DNA of 29,827 nt from Candidatus Micrarchaeaceae archaeon (GTDB lineage: Archaea > Micrarchaeota > Micrarchaeia > Micrarchaeales > CABMGC01). The notes beneath the pieces are model-generated. The model saw only the letters and a program-made list of their open reading frames with translations. It had not been told where the DNA came from and did no database searches. The stretch covers positions 1-29,827 of the forward strand of contig JAVZOJ010000001.1 in assembly GCA_038882355.1 (NCBI GenBank), read 5' to 3'. This document shows positions 8,347-15,095 of this stretch, piece by piece. The number at the start of each line of letters is the position of its first letter. Position 1 is the stretch's first letter. The translations under genes and the position numbers were made by a program.

Positions 8347-8844
8347 TCACAAATACATTCTGCTCCCTCTTGGGGCTCTCCTCACGTTTATGTTCCTTAT
8401 TGCTTCGCTTATTGAACTTCTCATTATGATCCTCGCTTTGACCTCATCAACATCTGCGCCGAATTCTTTTGCAATCCTCTCTGCTTGGTTAAGCTTGTTT
8501 GTATAGTAGTTATAAGCAACCATAGCTCCAGAAAGGGCATCCCTCTCATGAACAGTGAGCTTTGCGCTAATCTTCTTCTCGATTTCCCTTTTCTTGCTTA
8601 CGCGTATGTCCTCTCTGGGCTCAAACAGAACAGACTGAAATACAGAGGCAAGCCTCACGATGGTTTCTTCGGCCCTGGCCTTGTCTGTAGCGATGATAGA
8701 AGGCCTTCCTGCGCTTTTAATCTCTTTTACAAACCATTCAAAATTAGCGAACCTCTGCTCTGAAGCAGAGACAAACCTGCCTGAGAGATCTATGCATGCG
8801 ATGGCGCTTACCTTTCCCAGGTCTACTCCCACTATTACATGCAG
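8347..8844 (-). CDS. Short DUF460-domain protein (RNase H-like fold N-terminus)
   Basis: VIVGVDLGKVSAIACIDLSG, GRPSIIATDK, LTVHERDALSGAMVAY resemble the DUF460 consensus. The first beta strand needs an upstream start; the only candidate before the in-frame stop is CTG at 8844 (GGGGT upstream). The track start is GTG 8832. Confidence 0.75.
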   Translation of the reverse strand: MHVIVGVDLGKVSAIACIDLSGRFVSASEQRFANFEWFVKEIKSAGRPSIIATDKARAEETIVRLASVFQSVLFEPREDIRVSKKREIEKKISAKLTVHERDALSGAMVAYNYYTNKLNQAERIAKEFGADVDEVKARIIMRSSISEAIRNINVRRAPRGSRMYL

Positions 8845-8909
8845 GCAATTACCCCGTTATTCCATTTTCGGCAACGCCACAGTCAACCCATGGCTCAGGC
8901 CTCGCGTTC

Positions 8910-9953
8910 TTAAGTGTTTGGGCATACGCTCGAGTTTGCGAAGCAGGTAGCATTATACGCACCATTTGGCAAAGACAAGTATCTGCAGTCTGTAATCACC
9001 TCTATCGGTGCAGAGATGTTGTAATAGCTTGCAAGGAGGGATTGGGCAGAGAGCGGCTGTGACGCGTTATACAGGCATGAACTGAGCTCCTTCGTATTTA
9101 AATACTTGTTTGCATAAGAGGAAAGAAGGTATGGAGATATGAATCCTGAAAGGTTGCTTAAAGAATTTACAAATGAATGAAACGATGAAGAGTTTTGAAG
9201 AGAAGCGCAGAATAGATATTCGCTTAGAGCAAGGGAGTTATTAAGCCCATAAGTGCTTGCAATATTTTGCGAATAATACCCAAATACAAGTTTAAGCGAA
9301 GGATTTACTTTTACGCCAAGCTTTTTGGTTTCATTGAACAGGTAGGACAAGCTTCTCAAGGATCCTGGAGCGTATGGATCTATGAACCAGTATTGCTGTA
9401 CAGGGTATGCTACGGAACATGCAGGCTTGTTAGCCAGAACAATAATGCCATTGGCAGATACATAGTTTTCGAGTATTTTTGAAGGAGAGGCTGCTTCTTC
9501 ATATGCATTCTCAACGTTTCCAGTGCTGCTATTGACTACAACTAAAAAGGTGAAGGAGCTGTTGCTGTATCTTACAGGCATTTCTATAATCCAAGCATTT
9601 GCTGTGGGTACAAAGTATTCGCTTGCAGAAGAAGTCCTAGAGTAAAATGGAAGTATTGAAAGAGAAGTATTTGTGTAAATGTAGCTTGCAATAAGCCTTT
9701 CTGCCTGGAGAAGTGCATATGAAGCATTATACTTTGGCACAATGCAAGAGCCCGAATAGAAGTATCTGCATGTGGCATTTGGCGAAGAGTTTGAAGCGGT
9801 AATGATGACTGGCTTTGAAGAAGACACTTCAAGGATTATTCCTATCAGTATTGCGACAAGCACCAATAAAGAAACGTGGAGATAGTCTAGCCCGCCTAAT
9901 CTTCCTACTGGCCTAATAATCAACTTTCCTTCTTTAGACACAGCTTTAGACAC
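8910..9953 (-). CDS. Membrane-anchored, glycosylated surface protein with PepSY-like and degenerate DsbA/thioredoxin-like regions
   Basis: N-terminal TM (VSLLVLVAILIGIIL), about 14 N-x-S/T sequons, 8 Cys, LVVVNSSTGNV (PepSY-like) and WFIDPYAPGS (FxDxxCPxC-like without Cys). Domain calls are by resemblance only. Confidence 0.6.
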   Translation of the reverse strand: MSKAVSKEGKLIIRPVGRLGGLDYLHVSLLVLVAILIGIILEVSSSKPVIITASNSSPNATCRYFYSGSCIVPKYNASYALLQAERLIASYIYTNTSLSILPFYSRTSSASEYFVPTANAWIIEMPVRYSNSSFTFLVVVNSSTGNVENAYEEAASPSKILENYVSANGIIVLANKPACSVAYPVQQYWFIDPYAPGSLRSLSYLFNETKKLGVKVNPSLKLVFGYYSQNIASTYGLNNSLALSEYLFCASLQNSSSFHSFVNSLSNLSGFISPYLLSSYANKYLNTKELSSCLYNASQPLSAQSLLASYYNISAPIEVITDCRYLSLPNGAYNATCFANSSVCPNT

Positions 9954-10121
9954 AGAAGCACCTTTGCCTCATCATAGCGGCCGAATCATAGCCTCGATAA
10001 ACCTATCTTCAATTCCCATGCACAAGGCCTAATCTTCAAATATATCTCCTCCCATGCTTTTATTCCTTTTTATTTACTGAGTACGCACAAAGGTTAAAAC
10101 TTTGATGGTAGAAAGTAAATT

Positions 10122-10412
10122 ATGATAAATATAGGGTTGTACTATAAGGTAAAGGAAGGGCGAGAGAAAGATTTTGAAAAAATGTTTCAAAGGATAAGAG
10201 AAGGATTGACGCGCCAAGAAGGCTTCAATTCGGCAAAGCTGTACAAGTCAGTAGAGGAGCAAAATGAATACATGATATACAGCGAATGGAAAGACCTAGA
10301 TTCATTCGCCAAATTTGTAAGAAGCGAGGCATTCAAGCAGGCAACAGCAGAAGGCAGGGAGATCATAGAGGGCACTCCAAAGCACAGGGTATTCCAAGAG
10401 CTATTTCAATGA
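10122..10412 (+). CDS. Antibiotic biosynthesis monooxygenase (ABM/IsdG-like) domain protein
   Basis: 96 aa; KVKEGREKDFE, QEGFNSAKLY, YMIYSEWKDLDSF and a C-terminal His (PKHRVF) match the ABM dimeric alpha/beta barrel pattern. Confidence 0.85.
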   Translation: MINIGLYYKVKEGREKDFEKMFQRIREGLTRQEGFNSAKLYKSVEEQNEYMIYSEWKDLDSFAKFVRSEAFKQATAEGREIIEGTPKHRVFQELFQ

Positions 10413-11017
10413 TATCTTTTCTTCTTTTAAAGGCAAGAAGCGAGTTCTATTCTCTTCCGCTATCTATGAGAGAGTATCTTTTGGGAGAAACGATAGACCT
10501 ATGCAAAGATTCAAATGTAAAAGCATTTTACTCCAAATACATAGAGCCAACTGTGGACTTGATATTGATGAAAAAGGGAAAAGACATTGAAGAAATATCT
10601 GAATTCTATTCGAATTCCCTTAGAAAAATATATCCATACATAAATACTGTTGAAAACTATTTTGGATATGAAAAGAGCAAAGACGATGTGGAAACAAATG
10701 AAAAGTATTTGATCCTTTACCCATTTACAAAGACCCACGAATGGTACCAAAAAAGTGAGGAAGAAAGGAAGAAAATGATGGAAGAGCACATAAGAATAGG
10801 CTCCAACTACAAAGGAGTAAAGCAGCTTCTTTTGGAATCTTTTGGAATATCAGAATCTGACTTCGTACTTGCATACTTTGCGAATGAGCTTGAGGAATTC
10901 TCAAAAGTTGTAAAAGAGCTCAGGTACACAAAAGCAAGGATTTATACAAAATCAGATACGCCAATATATGTAGGCATAAAGAAAGAAATAGGCCCCGCAT
11001 TTATGGGCATGCTTTGA
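10409..11017 (+). CDS. chdC: Coproheme decarboxylase (ChdC/HemQ; chlorite dismutase family)
   Basis: YPFTK (catalytic Tyr and Lys+4), EWYQ...ERKKMMEEH (proximal His), VKQLLLESFG (distal Gln rather than the chlorite dismutase Arg), KELRYTKAR...TPIYVG. Start ATG 10409 overlaps the ABM stop (ATGA). Confidence 0.82.
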   Translation: MISFLLLKARSEFYSLPLSMREYLLGETIDLCKDSNVKAFYSKYIEPTVDLILMKKGKDIEEISEFYSNSLRKIYPYINTVENYFGYEKSKDDVETNEKYLILYPFTKTHEWYQKSEEERKKMMEEHIRIGSNYKGVKQLLLESFGISESDFVLAYFANELEEFSKVVKELRYTKARIYTKSDTPIYVGIKKEIGPAFMGML

Positions 11018-11174
11018 TAGTTTGTCTGCATGTCAAAAAGCAAAATCAGATTGATCTATATGCATGAGAGGCTTATGCTTGCATGCGTCCTTTCTTACAG
11101 CGCAGCCAAGAAACTGCTACTGCAGAAAGGCCCGTTCTCCATTCACAATGCATGTTTCCTTGCGAGGTGATTAG

Positions 11175-12074
11175 ATGAAAGCATTGCTGATGTCCTACGG
11201 CAGCCCTAAAGAAATAAGCAGAGAAGAGATTAGAAGATATTATACAAATGTAAGGCACGGGGCTGAGCCAAGCGAAGAGCTTCTGAATGATCTTTTCAGA
11301 AGGTACAGTGCAATAGGAGGCGCTACACCTCTTGAAAAGGTCACATATTCGATAGTGAGAAAGGTAAATGAAAGGCTCGGGAAAGAGATAGCAGTGCCTG
11401 CATTTAGGCACTCATTTCCATTTATAAAAGATGCAATAGAAAACATTGAAGAAAAGGATATGGTCTTTTCCTTTCCTCTTGTTCCGCATAAGAGCTCATT
11501 GACTCTAAGCCTTTACCACGAAGAGGTATATGAATATGCAAAAAAGGAAGGATTCAAGTCTGTCGCTTTCTCAAAGGGCTTTGCGGACAACAAAATATTC
11601 CAGGAAGCCTATGCAAAAGAGATAGCGAAGCTGAATGAAGACGCATTTACAATATTTACAGCACACAGCATACCGATAAACAGGCTAATGGTCAAAGAAG
11701 ACCCGTATTTTGAAGACCTGAAGAGATCGGCAGATGGAATAGCGCGCATCGCGAAGATCCACGATTATGCAATCGCGTTTCAAAGTGCAGGAAGAACTAA
11801 TGACATATGGCTTGGACCCACTGTGGAAGAAACAATCGACATGCTTATAGAAAAAGGAGTAAAAAGGTTCTTGATTGTACCCCAAGGGTTCCTTATAGAC
11901 AACCTTGAAACATTATATGACATCGATATTGAACTGAAAGAAAAATACAAAGGAAAGGCAGAAATAAAAAGGGCAAGCTGTGTAAATGATTCAGAAGACA
12001 TTATAAGAATGATTTGCGAGATTTTAGAGAGGCTGGAGAAGATCCAGGTCCAAGGAGCTGCTTCGCTCTTCTGA
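11175..12074 (+). CDS. cpfC: Ferrochelatase (coproporphyrin ferrochelatase CpfC/HemH)
   Basis: LLMSYGSP, RRYSAIGGATPL, FTAHSIP, FQSAGRTNDIWLGP, GFLIDNLETLYDID; GAGGTGA ribosome site upstream. Confidence 0.93.
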   Translation: MKALLMSYGSPKEISREEIRRYYTNVRHGAEPSEELLNDLFRRYSAIGGATPLEKVTYSIVRKVNERLGKEIAVPAFRHSFPFIKDAIENIEEKDMVFSFPLVPHKSSLTLSLYHEEVYEYAKKEGFKSVAFSKGFADNKIFQEAYAKEIAKLNEDAFTIFTAHSIPINRLMVKEDPYFEDLKRSADGIARIAKIHDYAIAFQSAGRTNDIWLGPTVEETIDMLIEKGVKRFLIVPQGFLIDNLETLYDIDIELKEKYKGKAEIKRASCVNDSEDIIRMICEILERLEKIQVQGAASLF

Positions 12075-13043
12075 ATACTCTTTCTTTTCCGCAAGCTTCA
12101 TCTCTACCCCTGTAATTAGGCTCATCACCCTTATCTCGTCTTTTAGCTCAGGCAGAAGCCTTGCTCCAAAGATTACATTTGCGTCTGGGGCCAGCTCAGA
12201 AGTCACGCCTTCGCCTATCTGCCTTGCTTCGTCGATTGTTAGCGCATATCCAGATGTTATATGGACAAGCGCTCCCTTTGCGCCCTTATAATCTACTGAA
12301 AGAAGCGGATGGCTCCTTGTAGATCTAATCGCTTGCTCGACCCTGTCGTTCCCTGCTCCGCTCCCTATGCTTATTACTGCTGTTCCGCTGTTTAGGAGCA
12401 CGCTTCTCAGGTCTGCATAATCGAGCTGTATGAGGCTAGGGAAGGATATTGTGTCTGCAATGCCCTTTACTGCATTTCCTATGATTGTATCTACTGCTTC
12501 AAACGCTTTTTCGAGAGGAAGGTTCGGAACATAGCTTAGCAACTTTTCATTTTCTATAACGATGGTTGAGTCTACCTCCTTTACCAGCTCCTTTAATCCT
12601 TCATCGGCAGTAGCCCTCTTATTCTTTTCCATTTGGAAAGGGTATGTAACGATCGCAACCACCAAAGCGCCAAGCTCTTTCGCTATCCTTCCTATTACTG
12701 GCGCTGCGCCTGTGCCTGTTCCTCCTCCCATTCCTGCGCACAGAAATACGAGGTTATATCCTTCAAGAGCAGCAATGACTTGGTCTTTGCTTATCTCTAC
12801 GCACCTTTTTGCTATTTCCGGGAATCCGCCTGCACCGAGGCCGTTTGTTATCTCTTTTCCGATCAGCAGCTTTTTGTGTGCTTTGGTAGTAGACCTAAGG
12901 TGAAGAAGGTCAGTATTTATTGCAATGGTCTCTGCGCTCTTTATGTTCGAGTTGTACAGCCTCGTTACTGCGTTGCACCCTTGGCCGCCTACTCCTACAA
13001 CGGCAATTCTTGCGCCTTGGAATGTGTCAAATTCGTCTTCCAT
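12024..13043 (-). CDS. ftsZ: Cell division GTPase FtsZ, FtsZ2-like paralog A (divergent)
   Basis: GVGGQGCNAV, INTD, GLGAGG, signature GMGGGTGTGAAPV; FtsZ2-type YVPNLP, PSLIQLDYAD and HPLLSVDYKGA. Confidence 0.95.
   Translation of the reverse strand: MEDEFDTFQGARIAVVGVGGQGCNAVTRLYNSNIKSAETIAINTDLLHLRSTTKAHKKLLIGKEITNGLGAGGFPEIAKRCVEISKDQVIAALEGYNLVFLCAGMGGGTGTGAAPVIGRIAKELGALVVAIVTYPFQMEKNKRATADEGLKELVKEVDSTIVIENEKLLSYVPNLPLEKAFEAVDTIIGNAVKGIADTISFPSLIQLDYADLRSVLLNSGTAVISIGSGAGNDRVEQAIRSTRSHPLLSVDYKGAKGALVHITSGYALTIDEARQIGEGVTSELAPDANVIFGARLLPELKDEIRVMSLITGVEMKLAEKKEYSEERSSSLDLDLLQPL
12697..12752. repeat. 56-bp perfect direct repeat, copy 1 (in ftsZ paralog A)
   Basis: ACTGGCGCTGCGCCTGTGCCTGTTCCTCCTCCCATTCCTGCGCACAGAAATACGAG, identical to 13719-13774 (checked base by base). 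Confidence 0.97.
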
Positions 13044-13054
13044 GCTCTTTCACC

Positions 13055-14098
13055 TTATATAAAGTCTAGGCTTGCATTATGGCTTTCACTCTTTTCTGAA
13101 ATCTTTCCTACAATGCTTCCTCCCTTCACTCCTGTAATTATTGCAACGATTTCCAGCTGGTCTTCCATCCCTGGCATTATTCTTGCTCCAAACTTTATCG
13201 TAGCAGATGGACTCATACGCTCAGAGATAAGCGATCCTGCCCTTATTGCATCGCCTAGGGTCAGGTCTCTTGAGCCGGTAATATGGAGCAAGCCTCCTTT
13301 CGCGTCTTCAAAGTCTACGTCCAAGAGCTTGTTCTTCATTACTCCCTCTACCGCAGCCTCAACCTTTCCGGCTCCCTTTCCTGTGCCTACTGATATGAAT
13401 CCAACTTCTCCTCTGCTCATAACCGCTTTTACATCTGCAAAGTCTATGCGTATAAGGCTTTCTTGCGTTATTGTCCACACAAGGCCGATTATCGCCTTTG
13501 CAAGAATGCTATCTGCCATCTCAAACGCAGTGTTCATCGGACTGTTTGCAAAGGCTTTTACTACTCTGTTGTTATCTAGGATAATTACGCTGTCGCAATA
13601 CTTTCTTAGCTCATTTATCCCCGCCTCTGCATTCACCTTTCTTTGCCTCTCCAAATCGAAAGGATATGTAACCATAGCCATTACAATAGCTCCTTCCTCC
13701 TTTGCAACTTGCGCAATGACTGGCGCTGCGCCTGTGCCTGTTCCTCCTCCCATTCCTGCGCACAGAAATACGAGATGGGAACCTTTGAGCACATCGCTTA
13801 TCAGCTTCCTGTCAGCCTCAGCTGCCTTTCTCCCTATCATTGGATCTCCTCCTGCGCCGAGACCCCTTGTTATTCCTTTTCCAATAAGGACTTTCTTTAT
13901 TCTGTCATCTATGATCCTAAAGTGTTGAACATCTGTATTCACAGCAACTAGCTCAGTTCCTTTTACTCCCATATTCAGGAGTCTATTCACTGTGTTGCTT
14001 CCTCCTCCACCAACGCCTACTGTCACAATCTTTATTTGTGGAATCTCGTCCACAGCTTCGCTATTAGAACCCAAAAATTCTGTTCCAACGTCGGACAT
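13055..14098 (-). CDS. ftsZ: Cell division GTPase FtsZ, FtsZ2-like paralog B
   Basis: GVGGGGSNTVNRL, VNTD, GLGAGGDP, GMGGGTGTGAAPV, PFDLERQR, LDNNR, ESLIRIDFAD. Start reassigned to ATG 14098 (GGCGAT upstream, TATA 32 nt upstream). An 11-nt spacer containing GGTGA links it to paralog A. Confidence 0.95.
   Translation of the reverse strand: MSDVGTEFLGSNSEAVDEIPQIKIVTVGVGGGGSNTVNRLLNMGVKGTELVAVNTDVQHFRIIDDRIKKVLIGKGITRGLGAGGDPMIGRKAAEADRKLISDVLKGSHLVFLCAGMGGGTGTGAAPVIAQVAKEEGAIVMAMVTYPFDLERQRKVNAEAGINELRKYCDSVIILDNNRVVKAFANSPMNTAFEMADSILAKAIIGLVWTITQESLIRIDFADVKAVMSRGEVGFISVGTGKGAGKVEAAVEGVMKNKLLDVDFEDAKGGLLHITGSRDLTLGDAIRAGSLISERMSPSATIKFGARIMPGMEDQLEIVAIITGVKGGSIVGKISEKSESHNASLDFI
13719..13774. 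repeat. 56-bp perfect direct repeat, copy 2 (in ftsZ paralog B)
   Basis: Identical to 12697-12752, 1022 bp apart, in the same codon register. Confidence 0.97.
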
Positions 14099-14130
14099 TC
14101 TGATCGCCCATTTACAATATACCAAGAAAT

Positions 14131-14146
14131 ATTTAAAAGCTTTTTC
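14131..14146 (-). promoter_or_regulatory. BRE-TATA promoter of the ftsZ-ftsZ operon
   Basis: Minus strand GAAAAAGC-TTTTAAAT, 32 nt upstream of ATG 14098. Confidence 0.65.
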
Positions 14147-14217
14147 TAAAGGAATACACATTTTACTTCCACAAGTTTTAAAGGAATTCCAAGCGCAAGT
14201 GAGGAATCACAGGCCGC

Positions 14218-14940
14218 TTATAAATTTTCAGGCGCATAAATATTTAATCCGCTAGTTGTTATTTCATATGGAGCTGTGGCCCTGCTGTGGTTAATGCCTC
14301 TCATCTTTATTACTTCCATCCCCAGCATTCGCTTGTCCTTTTCCCCCATCTGGTACATGGCAATAATTCCGTCGAATAGAAAATCGTCTTCCTTGAATGA
14401 GAGATCAGACCTTTCAGGAGAATGCATCTCCTTTGTCAATATTGAGGTGACTTTGAGTCTCTTCAAGTTTCCTATAAATACAAGCATATTCCTTCTGTAT
14501 ACAATCCTATTTTCCATAATCAGCTCAAATATGGACAAAGAATCTACGACGATTCTTTTTGCATTGTATGTCTCTATCAAACTCTCTATTTCTGCCACTA
14601 CTTTGCTGAATTCATAGCCAGTACGCGTTTCGTCAGTGTCTCTTATTATTCTAGAAGGGTCTGCGCCATCTATTATAAGAAGGTTTTTAGAAATAAGGTC
14701 ATCGATGTCTGTGAAGTCTTTGAAGGTGTTTTTTGCATTCTTTATTACGTCTTCAGTCGACTCTTCCAATGCGAAGAATATGCTGCATGCACCGGCTTTG
14801 GCAGACCTATATGCAAATTCAAAAGAAAGGAGAGTCTTTCCGGATCCGGGACTTCCTGTTACTATTACTTGATTACTTTCAGGTATTCCGCCACCCAAGA
14901 GTGTATCAAGGCCCTTTATATTCGTTGGTATGACCTGCAT
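14218..14940 (-). CDS. Single-domain KaiC-like / RAD55-family ATPase
   Basis: IPTNIKGLDTLLGGGIP, Walker A GSPGSGKT, FALEE, Walker B IVVDSLS, FDGII, IKMRG (Arg finger). Confidence 0.92.
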   Translation of the reverse strand: MQVIPTNIKGLDTLLGGGIPESNQVIVTGSPGSGKTLLSFEFAYRSAKAGACSIFFALEESTEDVIKNAKNTFKDFTDIDDLISKNLLIIDGADPSRIIRDTDETRTGYEFSKVVAEIESLIETYNAKRIVVDSLSIFELIMENRIVYRRNMLVFIGNLKRLKVTSILTKEMHSPERSDLSFKEDDFLFDGIIAMYQMGEKDKRMLGMEVIKMRGINHSRATAPYEITTSGLNIYAPENL

Positions 14941-14969
14941 TCAAATCTATCTTATTATTGACCACAATA

Positions 14970-15064
14970 ATTATAAAGTCTATCTTAGTTTTTCTTCGCA
15001 CTTTTTATGGTTCAAATTGCTTTCGAAAGAGTGGAAGAAAACGTGTGAAAAGATAGATATAAAA
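14970..15064. promoter_or_regulatory. Symmetric divergent promoter region for the kaiC-like and pilin genes
   Basis: Minus-strand TTTATAAT (14970-14977) and plus-strand ATATAAAA (~15057-15064), each preceded by AAGATAGA and, further upstream, AGTG(C)GAAGAAAA(A)C. Confidence 0.55.
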
Positions 15065-15095
15065 GAAAGTGAAGCAATTAGATATGGTCAATTCC

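Noticed and set aside
10286-10408. Track start for the 243-aa ChdC ORF
   Set aside because: Overlaps the ABM gene by over 120 nt; ATG 10409 with an ATGA overlap is more plausible.
10409-11017. Annotation as chlorite dismutase
   Set aside because: The distal position is Gln (VKQLL), not Arg; the ChdC Tyr/Lys pair is present; the gene neighbours a ferrochelatase.
12633-13928. 431-aa plus-strand ORF spanning both ftsZ genes
   Set aside because: Antisense shadow of two conserved genes; its internal repeat (ACACSSSHSCAQKYE) simply mirrors the 56-bp repeat; no family motifs.
14135-14144. AAAAGCTTTT palindromes (also 27066-27075) and the similar CAAAGGTTAAAACTTTG near 10089-10105 as operators
   Set aside because: They coincide with BRE/TATA junctions and are adequately explained as core promoter sequence.
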